Made by a program: the position numbers and the translations under genes
The notes under the pieces: model-generated
Database searches by the model: none
Told to the model about the DNA's origin: nothing
What the model saw: only the letters and a program-made list of their open reading frames with translations
Shown here: in pieces, positions 45,375 to 59,366 of the stretch
Layout: every line of letters begins with the position of its first letter
Numbering within the stretch: the first letter of the stretch is position 1
DNA from: an uncultured Desulfobacterales bacterium
GTDB taxonomy: Bacteria; Desulfobacterota; DSM-4660; Desulfatiglandales; JALVZP01
Direction: 5' to 3'
Assembly: GCA_964513995.1 (NCBI GenBank)
Contig: CAZEOQ010000008.1
Location: 8,759-72,758 of the forward strand
Length of the DNA stretch: 64,000 nucleotides

Positions 45375-47516
45375 ATGAAGGTTTCTATAATTATTCCTGT
45401 CTTTAACAAGCTTGAGTATACAAAAAAATGCATAGACGCACTTTACAGAGTAACTCCTAAGTTTCTCTTTGAACTTATTGTCGTAAATAATGGTTCAAAA
45501 GATGGAACAAAGGAGTATCTTGATAGTCTTTCTGCAAAAGTAGAAAATGTGAAAGTCATTCATAACATGAGTAATCTGGGCTTTGCAAAGGCATGCAATC
45601 AGGGAGCAAGGATTGCAAAAGGAAATTATCTTCTATTTTTAAACAATGACACAATCCCTTTAGAAGGATGGCTTGAAGAGCTTATAAAGACTGCTGAGGA
45701 GGAAGAGAAAGTAGGGGTTGTTGGAAGCAAACTCCTTTTTCCAGATGGAAAGATACAGCATGCAGGTGTAGAAGTCTGCGATTATCTTCTTCCTATAACT
45801 CCGTTTCATATATATTACAGAGAACCAGCAGATATTCCTGAAGCAAACATAAAAAAAGAATATCCAGCAGTTACTGGAGCATGTATGCTGACTCCAAAAT
45901 GGCTATTTGATGAGCTTGGAGGATTTGATGAAGGATTCCTTAATGGATTTGAAGATGTAGATTACTGCTTCAGGGTAAAAGAAAAAGGATACAGGATAAT
46001 ATATAATCCAAAAAGTGTTCTGTATCACTTTGAATCAGTAACAGAAGGAAGGTTTAATGCAGTAAAAGAAAATGAGGAAAGGCTTATAAGGAAGTGGAAG
46101 GGGAAGGTAAAAGTCAGAGGGACAAAGGTCTCTGTTGTTATTGTGAATTATAACAGCTGGAAGGATACTGTTCACTGTATAGACTCCCTTGTCAGGAATG
46201 TTGAATATGCAAAGACAAAGATAATTGTTGTAGATAATGGTTCAAAAAAGGAGGATCTTTTGAATCTAAAAAGATGGCTTGAGGAAAAAGGATTTTTAAA
46301 AAGATCAGATTTTGAAAAAGAAGTAGTTCTTTTAGAAACAGGAGAAAATAGAGGATTTGCTGGAGGAAGCAATATAGGGATAAGATATGCCTTAGAAAAA
46401 GGTTCAGAATACATATGGCTGCTTAACTGTGATACTGAAATAGAAAAAAAAGCCTTGGAGAATTCTCTGTATATAGCAGAACTTAAAAAAAATAATGCTG
46501 GAATTGTTGCTTCAAAGATTTACTGCTTTGAAAAAAGAGACATGGTTCAGTTTGATGGAAGATCTGTTCCTTATTATTCAGGAAAAAAAGACAGAAAAGA
46601 TTCTCCTTGCTATATAGAGAAATATGCTCCTTTCTGCAGTGTCCTTATAAGGAGAGAGGTTTTTGAAGATGTAGGTCTTCTGAATGAGGAGTATTTTCTT
46701 TATTTTGAAGATAATGAATTCTGCAAGAGGGTTCTGGAAAAAGGATGGAAAATAATTTATAACCCTTATTCAAAGGTATATCACAAAGGAGGAGCTACAG
46801 TTGGTTCATGGCTGAGGACACCTATAAGCTCATATTATGCAACAAGGAATCTGCTTCTTTTTTATAAAGAAGACATACATGGTTGTTTTGATGCAATCAG
46901 AAGGGACTACTGGAGGGATCTAAAAAAGACAAAGGATTGTTTAAAAGGATTTGTTGAAGGGATTAAGGATTTCCTTGTAGGAAAAAAAGGAAAGGTCGAT
47001 GAAGATGTCTTGCATGTTGATGTATGGAAAGGATGGCCTGATGAAAGATTGAAGGAATCAGCAAAAGGACTTCTTGAAAATCCAACTGAGGAAAACCTGA
47101 CAAGGTTTTTAAGTATGGCTCAGGCTTATCTTATGAAGGACATATCAGAAGAAGATCCAGAATACCTTTATTCTCAAGGAGAAAAACTTTACAGGGAAGG
47201 AAAAACAGAAGAAGCTATAAGTGTTTTTGAAAAGGTTATAAGATTAAATCCAAAACATGCACTTGCATACAACAATCTTGGAGCAATATACTGGCAAAAA
47301 GGAGAAAAGAAAAAAGCTCTTGAGTGCATGATAAAAGCAATGGAAATAGATCCTGAAAATCCTGACATTATATGGAACTCTGGTCAGATACTTATAGGAC
47401 TTGGTCTTGTAAGTGATGCAAGAGAAATTTACGAATTTTATCTGAAAAGGCATTCAGATTCTGAGATGGAAAAATTTATGAAAGTTTTCAACAAATTTTC
47501 AACATCTTTTTGTTGA
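45375..47516 (+). CDS. Bifunctional-looking glycosyltransferase: two tandem GT2 domains plus C-terminal TPR repeats
   Basis: The first GT2 domain has VSIIIPVFNKLEYT...FLNNDT...FEDVDYC. The second has VSVVIVNYNSW...LLNCDT...FEDNEFC. The TPR region has ALAYNNLGAIYWQKGEKKKALECMIKAMEIDP. Confidence 0.85.
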   Translation: MKVSIIIPVFNKLEYTKKCIDALYRVTPKFLFELIVVNNGSKDGTKEYLDSLSAKVENVKVIHNMSNLGFAKACNQGARIAKGNYLLFLNNDTIPLEGWLEELIKTAEEEEKVGVVGSKLLFPDGKIQHAGVEVCDYLLPITPFHIYYREPADIPEANIKKEYPAVTGACMLTPKWLFDELGGFDEGFLNGFEDVDYCFRVKEKGYRIIYNPKSVLYHFESVTEGRFNAVKENEERLIRKWKGKVKVRGTKVSVVIVNYNSWKDTVHCIDSLVRNVEYAKTKIIVVDNGSKKEDLLNLKRWLEEKGFLKRSDFEKEVVLLETGENRGFAGGSNIGIRYALEKGSEYIWLLNCDTEIEKKALENSLYIAELKKNNAGIVASKIYCFEKRDMVQFDGRSVPYYSGKKDRKDSPCYIEKYAPFCSVLIRREVFEDVGLLNEEYFLYFEDNEFCKRVLEKGWKIIYNPYSKVYHKGGATVGSWLRTPISSYYATRNLLLFYKEDIHGCFDAIRRDYWRDLKKTKDCLKGFVEGIKDFLVGKKGKVDEDVLHVDVWKGWPDERLKESAKGLLENPTEENLTRFLSMAQAYLMKDISEEDPEYLYSQGEKLYREGKTEEAISVFEKVIRLNPKHALAYNNLGAIYWQKGEKKKALECMIKAMEIDPENPDIIWNSGQILIGLGLVSDAREIYEFYLKRHSDSEMEKFMKVFNKFSTSFC

Positions 47517-47645
47517 AAAATTCCTTAGCATTTCTAACATGTTATCTTAGTTTTCAACATTTTGACATTCTCTATTATTACTATTATATTTTTTAAAAGT
47601 CTCTATAGAATTATTTTTTTCATAACTGTCAAAATGTTGAAAACT
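47485..47645. promoter_or_regulatory. Cluster of five DnaA-box-like 9-mers and an 18-bp inverted repeat flanking an AT-rich spacer, upstream of dnaN
   Basis: TTTTCAACA occurs at 47485, 47496 and 47551, and its complement TGTTGAAAA at 47511 and 47635. This is 7/9 to TTATCCACA. AGTTTTCAACATTTTGAC (47549-47566) is the exact reverse complement of 47628-47645. Confidence 0.4.
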
Positions 47646-47661
47646 GAAAAAGGAGAAAACT

Positions 47662-51678
<4,017 letters not shown>

Positions 51679-51682
<4 letters not shown>

Positions 51683-52563
51683 TAAAAAGTATGACAGGAT
51701 ATGGAAAGGCAGAGGTTGAAGCAGAATATTTTATTATTCATGTAGAGATAAGGACACTGAATAGCAGATACAGGGACATAATACTCAGGATCCCACAAGA
51801 TCTTTTTCCTTTAGAAGCAGAGATAAGGTCTCTTATTTCAAAAAGACTGGCAAGAGGAAGGATTGAGGTATACATAAAGTTTGAACCTATTCCAGGAAAG
51901 ACAGCATATGAGATCATTTTGAATGAAGCTGTTGCAAAGGCATATATGAACATATTTAAAGAACTTTCAGAGACACTTTCCATTGATCCAACTGTAACAG
52001 TTGATACATTTTGTCATCTGAGAGATGTTATCATACAGAAACCTAAGGAAATAGAGATTGAAAGCCTAAAAGAGAAGGTATTTTCAGCAATAAGTTCTGC
52101 TCTTGATTCTGTTGAAAGGATGAGAAGACAGGAAGGGATGGTTATAGAAAAGGACTTTCTTGATAGGCTTGATTTGATAGAAAAGAGGATACTTCAGATA
52201 AAGGAAAGAGCTCCTGCTTTGATTTCTGAATATAAAGAAAAGCTGAAGGAAAACTTGAGAAGACTTGTGAATGGAGAAGTTCAGCTTGATGAAGAAAGAC
52301 TGAATCAAGAAGTAGCTCTGTTTGCAGAAAGATCTGATATAACAGAAGAGCTTGTAAGGCTTGAAAGTCACATTTTGCAGTTCAGAAAGTATCTTGAAAA
52401 AGATGAGCCTGTTGGAAGAAGACTTGATTTTCTCATTCAAGAAATGACAAGAGAGACAAATACAATAGGAGCAAAATCACAAGATAAGGAGATATCTCTT
52501 CTCGTTGTTGAACTAAAAGGTGAGATTGAAAAATTAAGAGAACAGGTTCAAAATGTGGAATAA
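51679..52563 (+). CDS. yicC: YicC/YloC family protein (stress-induced endoribonuclease family)
   Basis: It has MIKSMTGYG..., an N-terminal YicC_N block, and the C-terminal DUF1732 block GRRLDFLIQEMTRETNTIGAKS. Confidence 0.85.
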
Positions 52564-52584
52564 ATAAAATAAGGAGTATTGGAG

Positions 52585-52848
52585 ATGTGTCCAAAAATGA
52601 TAAACATAGGTTTTGGGAATTCTGTGGCAGCTGAAAGGGTTATAGCTATTATATCTCCTAATGGAGCTCCTATAAAAAGGCTGAGAGATGAAGCAAAGGC
52701 AGAAAAAAGACTGATAGATGCAACACATGGAAGAAAGACGAGGGCTGTTATAATAACAGACAGCAATCATGTAATCCTTTCAGCTATACAATCAGAGACG
52801 CTTGCACAGAGATTTGATCCTGATGCAAAACATGAAAAGCCAAAATAG
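52585..52848 (+). CDS. remA: RemA/YlzA (DUF370) family regulator
   Basis: [29 protein letters not shown]...[28 protein letters not shown] matches the family. The start was chosen at the ATG 8 nt after AAGGAG, but 52597 is also possible. Confidence 0.8.
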   Translation: MCPKMINIGFGNSVAAERVIAIISPNGAPIKRLRDEAKAEKRLIDATHGRKTRAVIITDSNHVILSAIQSETLAQRFDPDAKHEKPK

Positions 52849-53437
52849 ACTTTTTATAATATCTGGTCCTTCTGGAGTTGGGAAAAGCACTGTAATAAAA
52901 GAGCTTTTAAAGAAGGTTGAAAATTTAGCTTATTCTATTTCTCATACTACCAGAAAACCAAGAGAGGGAGAAAAAGACGGAGTAGATTATTATTTCGTAA
53001 GCAGAGAGAAGTTTCAAAAGATGATAGAAGATGGAGAATTTATTGAATGGGCAAAGGTATATTCTGACTACTATGGAACTTCTTTCAGAAGTGTAGAAGA
53101 GAAGCTTAAGGAAGGGAAGGATGTTATTTTGGATTTAGACATCCAAGGATCTTTGAACATAAAGAAGAGATTTGATAACTCCATACTTATCTTTCTTCTT
53201 CCACCATCAGTTTCTGAACTGAAAAAAAGGCTTATGAAAAGAGGGACAGAAGATCAAAAAGAACTTGAGGAAAGGCTTTCTAAGGCTATAGAAGAGATAA
53301 AGATGGCAAGATATTATGACTTTATTGTCATAAATGACAGAATAGAAAAGGCTGTGAAAGAAGTGGAGGCTATAATAATTGCAGAAAGATGTAAAAAAGA
53401 AGAAAGGATTTCTTGCATAGAAAGGATAATAAGATGA
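52832..53437 (+). CDS. gmk: Guanylate kinase
   Basis: It has [14 protein letters not shown] (P-loop), [19 protein letters not shown] and [12 protein letters not shown]. The start is trimmed to the ATG at 52832. Confidence 0.9.
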   Translation: MKSQNRLFIISGPSGVGKSTVIKELLKKVENLAYSISHTTRKPREGEKDGVDYYFVSREKFQKMIEDGEFIEWAKVYSDYYGTSFRSVEEKLKEGKDVILDLDIQGSLNIKKRFDNSILIFLLPPSVSELKKRLMKRGTEDQKELEERLSKAIEEIKMARYYDFIVINDRIEKAVKEVEAIIIAERCKKEERISCIERIIR

Positions 53438-54165
53438 TTCCTGTATCTGGAGTAAGAGCTGTAACAGAAATTCTTAGAAACAATCCTGATCAGGTAAAAG
53501 AGATATGGATTGCAAGAAGAAGCCTTTCTGCTTTGGAGGAGATTTTGGAAATAGCAGAAAGGGAAGGGATATCTATAAATTATAAAGATTACAAGGAACT
53601 TTCTCTTCTTGTTCCAAATGTAAATCATCAGGGAATTGTTGCAATAGTTTCTGACTTCAGATACAAAACCCTGGATGAGCTTATCTTGCATGTAAAAGAC
53701 CTGAATGAAAAACCCATAATCATTGCACTTGATCACATTACAGACGAAGGAAACTTTGCCTCAATAATAAGGACATCTGCATTTTTTGGAGTAAACGGAA
53801 TAGTTATTCCTAAGAAAAGGTCTGTAAGTGTTTCTGCACAAGTAATAAAAAGATCTTCTGGTGCTTATCTCTATGTTCCTATCGTAAGAGTAGCAAACAT
53901 GGCAAGTGCATTAAAAAGACTTTCTGATGAAGGATTTTGGATTATAGGAACTTCAAGCAGAGGAAATGTCTCTCTTTATGACTTTGATTGGGACAGGGAA
54001 CTCGTTCTTGTTTTGGGAAATGAAGAAAAAGGGATAAGTCAGCCTGTAGAAAATGTATGTCATGAGATAGTAAACATACCTGTATTTGGAGCAATAGAAG
54101 CTCTTAATGTCTCAGTAGCAACAGGAATTTTCCTTTCAGAAATAATAAGGCAGAGAAAGACCTAA
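53434..54165 (+). CDS. rlmB: 23S rRNA 2'-O-ribose methyltransferase, SpoU/TrmH family (RlmB-like)
   Basis: It has SpoU motifs (LDHITDEGNFASIIRTSAFFG, LVLGNEEKGIS, IPVFGAIEALNVSVATGI). The start was chosen at the ATGA overlap with gmk. Confidence 0.8.
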   Translation: MIPVSGVRAVTEILRNNPDQVKEIWIARRSLSALEEILEIAEREGISINYKDYKELSLLVPNVNHQGIVAIVSDFRYKTLDELILHVKDLNEKPIIIALDHITDEGNFASIIRTSAFFGVNGIVIPKKRSVSVSAQVIKRSSGAYLYVPIVRVANMASALKRLSDEGFWIIGTSSRGNVSLYDFDWDRELVLVLGNEEKGISQPVENVCHEIVNIPVFGAIEALNVSVATGIFLSEIIRQRKT

Positions 54166-54386
54166 CCTCTTCTTTTCTTTTTTATCTGTCTTAAAGCTTC
54201 CTGTATCTGTTCAGGTGTATATCTTTTGTGGCACTTTTTGCACTCAAAAAACTCTTCATTTATCCTGTCATACATAAGCTCATCAGAAAAATTTACCCTG
54301 TGGAATCTAAGAGAAAATGTATAAACAGGAACAAATTCTCTGTTTCCACATTCACACTCAAAATAGTCTCTTATTTCTTCTTTCAT
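54162..54386 (-). CDS. Hypothetical small zinc-ribbon-like protein (74 aa)
   Basis: It has CECGN...CKKCHK cysteine pairs. I trimmed the start to the ATG at 54384-54386, because the listed 128-aa ORF reads through the tRNA gene. Confidence 0.45.
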   Translation of the reverse strand: MKEEIRDYFECECGNREFVPVYTFSLRFHRVNFSDELMYDRINEEFFECKKCHKRYTPEQIQEALRQIKKKRRG

Positions 54387-54412
54387 CTTTTTTCTCCAAA
54401 AAATAAGATAAA

Positions 54413-54485
54413 AGCCACTGCACGGATTCGAACCGTGGACCCCCTCATTACGAGTGAGGTGCTCTACCAGCTGAGCTACAGTGGC
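54413..54485 (-). tRNA. tRNA-Thr (anticodon CGU)
   Basis: The hand-folded cloverleaf has acceptor GCCACTG/CAGTGGC, D stem GCTC/GAGC, anticodon stem CCTCA/TGAGG with loop CT-CGT-AA, T stem CACGG/CCGTG and loop TTCGAAT. CCA is not encoded. Confidence 0.93.
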
Positions 54486-54546
54486 TTTCAAATAAAGTAT
54501 AAAATAAAATTTGACTTCATGCAACAGATTCTCTAATATTTTTTTC

Positions 54547-55248
54547 ATGAAAAAGCCAAAGGACTACATAATATTTCCTCTTGACTTTTCTGAATATGAC
54601 GAAGTCATAAGATATGTAAATCTTCTAAAAGATGCTGTTGGTGTTTTCAAAATAGGACTTGAGCTTTTTATAAGTCAAGGACCAACTATATTAAATGCAA
54701 TAAGGGACATATGCGATAACAAGATATTTCTTGATCTGAAACTTCACGACATCCCAGAAACAGTAAAAAGGGCACTTAAAGCAGCACTTCAATACAATCC
54801 TGACTTTATAACAGTTCATCCAGAGCTTCCAGAAGAGGCATTTAAGGGAATAAAAAAAGGGAAGACAAAAATCCTTGCCGTAACTCTTCTTACAAGTATA
54901 GACAAGGATATGGCAAAAAGGTTTGGATACAGATATTCTGACATAAAAAGACTTGTCCTTCTTAGAGCAGAATGGGCAAAAAAGATAGGATGTCATGGAG
55001 TGGTATGTTCTGGAAGGGAAGTTGCAAGGATAAAAAAAGAGTTTGGAAAAAGATTCCTTACTGTTGTTCCTGCTGTAAGACCTTCCTGGGCTATAAGGAA
55101 AGATGATCAAAAAAGGATAGTAACACCAAAAGATGCCATCCTTTCAGGTGCAGACTACATAGTCTGTGGTCGTCCTATAAGGGAATCAAAAGATCCTCTT
55201 TCTTCAGCAATGAAGATAGCAGAAGAGATAAAGGAGGCACTTCTCTGA
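54547..55248 (+). CDS. pyrF: Orotidine 5'-phosphate decarboxylase
   Basis: It has IIFPLDF...FKIGLELF...FLDLKLHDIPETV (the DxKxxD motif) and IVCGRPI. The start is trimmed to the ATG at 54547. Confidence 0.88.
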   Translation: MKKPKDYIIFPLDFSEYDEVIRYVNLLKDAVGVFKIGLELFISQGPTILNAIRDICDNKIFLDLKLHDIPETVKRALKAALQYNPDFITVHPELPEEAFKGIKKGKTKILAVTLLTSIDKDMAKRFGYRYSDIKRLVLLRAEWAKKIGCHGVVCSGREVARIKKEFGKRFLTVVPAVRPSWAIRKDDQKRIVTPKDAILSGADYIVCGRPIRESKDPLSSAMKIAEEIKEALL

Positions 55249-55319
55249 AATCTCACTTGACACATAAAAGTTCTGGGATTATTTTCAGTCTTCTACGAGG
55301 TTTAAAAAGGAGGAAAGGA

Positions 55320-56123
55320 ATGGAAGACATTCAAAGCTCTGCAGATTACAGAAACATAGACATAGATAAAGTAGGAGTAAAGGGTATATATTATCCAATT
55401 ACTGTTCTTGACAAAAGTATGGGAGAACAGCATACGGTTGCAGAAATAAACATGTATGTGAGTCTTCCAAGGTATTACAAAGGCACACATATGAGTCGTT
55501 TTGTTGAGATACTGAATCAGCACAGCAGAAAGATATCTCTTCAGACATTTTCAGAAGTCCTGAAAGAGATGAAACAGAGACTTGATGCAGAAAGTGCACA
55601 TATGGAGATAAGTTTTCCGTATTTTATAAAAAAAACAGCTCCTGTAACAGGGACTCCTGCACTTATGGAATACAGGTGCACATTTATTGGAACGCTTACT
55701 GACAGGCTTGATCTTGTAGTAAAGGTAGATGTCCCTGTTCTTACACTTTGCCCATGTTCAAAGGAAATAAGCAGTTCTGGTGCACACAATCAGAGGGCAA
55801 GGGTAAGGCTCAGTGTGAGATTTAAGAAATTCATCTGGATTGAGGATCTTATAGCACTCGTTGAAAGAAATGCATCAAGTGATCTTTATTCTGTTCTGAA
55901 AAGAGAAGATGAAAAATATGTAACAGAGCATGCATACAATAAGCCCATGTTTGTAGAAGATGTCGTAAGAGATATTGCACTTGAGCTAAAAGATGATCCA
56001 AACATAACATGGTTTTCTGTAGAATGTGAAAGCTTTGAATCCATTCACAACCACAATGCATATGCGTATGTAGAAAGAGATAAAAGGGGAGGAAGTGATG
56101 GAAGAGATAAGAAAGATGTATAG
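55320..56123 (+). CDS. folE2: GTP cyclohydrolase FolE2/MptA family (type IB)
   Basis: It has IDKVGVKGIYYPI, YVSLPRYYKGTHMSRF, LCPCSKEISSSGAHNQR and ESIHNHNAYA. The start is at the ATG preceded by AAGGAGG. Confidence 0.85.
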   Translation: MEDIQSSADYRNIDIDKVGVKGIYYPITVLDKSMGEQHTVAEINMYVSLPRYYKGTHMSRFVEILNQHSRKISLQTFSEVLKEMKQRLDAESAHMEISFPYFIKKTAPVTGTPALMEYRCTFIGTLTDRLDLVVKVDVPVLTLCPCSKEISSSGAHNQRARVRLSVRFKKFIWIEDLIALVERNASSDLYSVLKREDEKYVTEHAYNKPMFVEDVVRDIALELKDDPNITWFSVECESFESIHNHNAYAYVERDKRGGSDGRDKKDV

Positions 56124-57369
56124 AAGGATCATAGAGGATCATTTTCCTTCTGAGATAAGGATAAGGTTTGGGGAAAGGGAGCTTGTGTATAAAAAGAAGA
56201 GATGGAAGATAAGGGATGAAAAAGGAGAGTTTGTGGAAAGGGGTCTAAGGTATGGTGAAAATCCTGATCAGGAAGCAGCTCTTTATGAGCTTGTAGAAGG
56301 ATCTTTTGAGGGATACATAGGATCAGGAATGGGTCTTGTTTCTTCTATAAAAGAAGAGGACATGATTCAGGCAGGAAAGCATCCAGGAAAGATAAATCTT
56401 ACAGACATAGACAGTGCACTGAACATACTCAAGTATCTTATGAAAAAACCAGCAGTAGCAATAATAAAGCACAACAATCCATGTGGTGTTGCATATGGTG
56501 AAACTCTTTCTTCTGCATACTACAGAGCAAACATGGCAGACAGAATTGCTGCATTTGGTGGATGTGCAGTCTTTAACAGGGCAGTTGACAGAGAGACTGC
56601 AGAGCTTATAAGTCAGAATTATCTTGAAGTTGTCGTTGCACCAGAATTTGAGGAAGGTGTTGTTGACATACTTTCAAAAAGAAAGGATCTGAGGATAATA
56701 AGGATAAGAGGAATAGAAAGGCTTGAGGAATATGCAGAAAAAAGGTTTCTTGATTTTAAGTCACTTATGGATGGAGGAATTATTGTCCAGCAATCCTTTT
56801 TGAACAGGATAAGAAGTAAAGAAGATCTTATTCCTGCAAAAGCGGTCTATAAAGGAAAGGAATACAGGATAAAAAGACTTCCAACAGAAAGAGAACTTGA
56901 AGACATGATATTTGGATGGGCTGTTGAGCAGGGTGTTACTTCAAATTCTATCATATATGTAAAGGATGGTGCTACGATTTCAATAGGAACAGGAGAGCAG
57001 GACAGGGTAGGCTGTGCTCAGATTGCTATATTTAAGGCATACAGGAATTTTTCTGAAAGGCTGTGTTTTGAAAGACATGGGATTTCATATAATGAGCTGA
57101 AACTTTTAGTAAAGGAAGGGAAAAAGAAAAAAGAGCTCTTAGAAGAGATAGACCTTGAGACAAAGGAGAAAAGAGCAGGTCTTCCAGGATCATGCATGAT
57201 ATCTGATGGATTTTTCCCATTCAGAGATTCCGTTGATGTTGCAGCAGCCGAAGGAATAAGTGCAATACTTCAGCCAGGAGGATCAATAAGAGATCATGAG
57301 GTAATAGAGGCATGTAATGAGTATGATATAGCAATGATGTTTACAGGACAGAGGGCATTCAGACACTGA
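56095..57369 (+). CDS. AICAR formyltransferase-domain protein (PurH C-terminal domain only, no MGS/IMP cyclohydrolase domain)
   Basis: It has LRYGENPDQ, IIKHNNPCG, AAFGGCAVFN, EVVVAPEF, IGTGEQDRV, SDGFFPFRD, QPGGSIRD and MFTGQRAFRH. Confidence 0.85.
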   Translation: MMEEIRKMYRRIIEDHFPSEIRIRFGERELVYKKKRWKIRDEKGEFVERGLRYGENPDQEAALYELVEGSFEGYIGSGMGLVSSIKEEDMIQAGKHPGKINLTDIDSALNILKYLMKKPAVAIIKHNNPCGVAYGETLSSAYYRANMADRIAAFGGCAVFNRAVDRETAELISQNYLEVVVAPEFEEGVVDILSKRKDLRIIRIRGIERLEEYAEKRFLDFKSLMDGGIIVQQSFLNRIRSKEDLIPAKAVYKGKEYRIKRLPTERELEDMIFGWAVEQGVTSNSIIYVKDGATISIGTGEQDRVGCAQIAIFKAYRNFSERLCFERHGISYNELKLLVKEGKKKKELLEEIDLETKEKRAGLPGSCMISDGFFPFRDSVDVAAAEGISAILQPGGSIRDHEVIEACNEYDIAMMFTGQRAFRH

Positions 57370-58010
57370 TGCTAAAGGTAAATGAGATATTTTATAGCAT
57401 TCAGGGAGAAGGAACATTTTCTGGAAGACCATGTGTATTTGTAAGACTTACTGGATGCAATCTTAGATGTTCCTATTGTGATACGCGCTATGCATATTAT
57501 GAAGGAAAGGATATGGAGATTGATGAGATAATAGAAAAGGTCATTTCTTACAGGTGTCATGTTGTAGAAATTACTGGAGGAGAACCACTTATTCAGGATG
57601 AGACACCAATTCTCATAAAAAGACTTCTTGATCTTGGATTTCAGGTACTTCTTGAGACAAATGGAACAAAGGATATAAGTGTTGTTGACAGAAGATGTAT
57701 AAGGATTGTGGACATTAAGTGTCCTTGCAGTGGAGAGGAGGAAAAGATGGATTATGAGAACCTGAAAAGACTTTCAGAACATGATGAGATAAAGTTTGTT
57801 ATTGCTGAAAGAAGGGATTTTGATTTTGCAAAAGAAGTCCTAAAAAAGTGGAAAATAGTTCCATTCAAACCAAATCCAGTCCATTTTTCTCCTGTATATG
57901 GAAAGCTTTCTCCTCAAGAGCTTGCAAAATGGATACTTGATGAAAGGCTTGGTGTAAGACTTAATCTTCAGATACATAAGATACTCTGGGGAGAAAGAAG
58001 AGGTGTCTAA
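57369..58010 (+). CDS. queE: 7-carboxy-7-deazaguanine synthase
   Basis: It has [34 protein letters not shown] (the QueE radical-SAM motif) and ITGGEPL. Confidence 0.9.
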   Translation: MLKVNEIFYSIQGEGTFSGRPCVFVRLTGCNLRCSYCDTRYAYYEGKDMEIDEIIEKVISYRCHVVEITGGEPLIQDETPILIKRLLDLGFQVLLETNGTKDISVVDRRCIRIVDIKCPCSGEEEKMDYENLKRLSEHDEIKFVIAERRDFDFAKEVLKKWKIVPFKPNPVHFSPVYGKLSPQELAKWILDERLGVRLNLQIHKILWGERRGV

Positions 58011-58686
58011 AAAGGCAGTAATTCTTCTAAGCGGAGGAATAGATTCCACGACAACACTTGCAATAGCAAGATCAGAGGGATATGAGCTTTATGCATTAAG
58101 TTTTAGATATGGTCAGAGGAACAGGTTTGAAGTTGAGGCAGCAAAAAAGATAGCAAAGGCTTTTGGAGTAAAAAAGCATCTTATAATTGACATAGACCTG
58201 AGACTTATAGGAGGATCTGCTCTTACAGGTGATATGGAAGTTCCAAAAGGAAGAAGTGAAGAGCAGATAAAGGAAGGGATTCCTGTAACATATGTTCCTG
58301 CAAGAAATACGATATTTCTTTCATTTGCAATTGCATGGGCAGAAGTTCTTGAGGCAGAGGATGTATTTATAGGAGTAAACAGCATAGACTACAGTGGATA
58401 TCCTGATTGCAGACCAGAATACATAGAAGCATATGAAAGGATGGCAAATCTTGCTTTGAAAAAGACGACAGAAGGAAAGATGAAGATAAGGATAAGGACA
58501 CCACTTATGAGGATGAGGAAATCAGAGATCATAAAAAAGGGAATTGAGCTTGGTGTGGACTACAGTATGACTGTAAGCTGTTATGATCCTCTTCCTGATG
58601 GAAGACCTTGTGGAATGTGTGATAGCTGTATTTTGAGGAAAAAAGGGTTTCAGGAAGCAGGTATTCCTGATCCTCAATCAGGATGA
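58003..58686 (+). CDS. queC: 7-cyano-7-deazaguanine synthase
   Basis: It has [13 protein letters not shown] (PP-loop) and the C-terminal zinc motif SCY...CGMCDSC. Confidence 0.92.
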   Translation: MSKKAVILLSGGIDSTTTLAIARSEGYELYALSFRYGQRNRFEVEAAKKIAKAFGVKKHLIIDIDLRLIGGSALTGDMEVPKGRSEEQIKEGIPVTYVPARNTIFLSFAIAWAEVLEAEDVFIGVNSIDYSGYPDCRPEYIEAYERMANLALKKTTEGKMKIRIRTPLMRMRKSEIIKKGIELGVDYSMTVSCYDPLPDGRPCGMCDSCILRKKGFQEAGIPDPQSG

Positions 58687-59264
58687 TTCTTTTTGTATAT
58701 CTTTACTGTATAGTAGATCCTGTAAAATGCCGTAAGATGAGTAAATATTGCAAGAAACCAGAGTGTTGGTTTCAGCATGTCAAATATTGAACCTAAGGAA
58801 AGGAATATGATCCTTTCTGCCCTTTCCATAAATCCAACATCACATCTTGGAATTATAAGCTCTGCCTTAGCTCTTATGTAGCTTATAAGGAATGTTCCGG
58901 AAAGGATAAAAAGCATGAGGATACAGTAGGTAAAACTTCCTTTTTTTATGAAATATGCAAAAAGTCCACCAAGTATAAGGAAGTCAGAATATCTGTCAAC
59001 AACAGAATCAGTAAATGCACCTATGTCTGTTGCAATTTTTTTTGCTCTTGCAACAGCACCATCAAGCATGTCAAATATTCCTGCAAAGAGTATGAAAAAT
59101 CCAGCTGCTTTTATGTGTCCCCTGAAGTATAGATATGCTGCTATAAGATTTATTCCAAGTCCTGTAAATGTAAGAATATTTGGAATTATTCTGCTTTCTG
59201 GAAGAAGTGGGACGATATGAGAAGATATTTCTTCTACTTTTTTTCCAAATATCCTCCTGAGCAT
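58674..59264 (-). CDS. CDP-alcohol phosphatidyltransferase family protein
   Basis: It has the DG(x2)AR(x8)G(x3)D(x3)D motif ([30 protein letters not shown]) in a polytopic membrane protein. Confidence 0.8.
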   Translation of the reverse strand: MLRRIFGKKVEEISSHIVPLLPESRIIPNILTFTGLGINLIAAYLYFRGHIKAAGFFILFAGIFDMLDGAVARAKKIATDIGAFTDSVVDRYSDFLILGGLFAYFIKKGSFTYCILMLFILSGTFLISYIRAKAELIIPRCDVGFMERAERIIFLSLGSIFDMLKPTLWFLAIFTHLTAFYRIYYTVKIYKKNHPD

Positions 59265-59366
59265 CTTTTAAGGATACTATGAGAGCTGAGAAAAAGCAAG
59301 TTGAGTTTCACTTGACAATGTATATCAGAAATAATAGGTTTCAAAAAACAGTGGAGGAGAAAAGGG

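Noticed and set aside
47496-47519. The hairpin TTTTCAACA-TCTTTT-TGTTGAAAA at the glycosyltransferase stop codon, considered as an ordinary intrinsic terminator.
   Set aside because: It is not annotated as a terminator because the stem is purely A/T-rich and is followed by AAATTCC rather than a U-tract. However, this simpler explanation for two of the five 9-mer copies cannot be excluded and is noted in the finding.
54387-54548. The N-terminal 54 codons of the listed 128-aa minus-strand ORF (MKKILENLLHEVKFYFILYLKATVAQLVEHLTRNEGVHGSNPCSG...).
   Set aside because: This part is simply the translation of tRNA-Thr (54413-54485) and its flanks; AQLVEHLTRNEGV and GSNPC are typical tRNA read-through peptides. 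Only the portion from the ATG at 54386 was kept, and at low confidence.
59265-59366. A TPP (THI-box) riboswitch upstream of thi4-thiE.
   Set aside because: Only the CUGAGA hexamer (in GAGAGCUGAGAAAAAGC) is present. I could not find the flanking GGGG/ACCC P2-P3 pairing or the ACCUGAUCUGGAUAAUGCCAGCG pyrophosphate-sensor arm. An Rfam scan would be needed to revive this.
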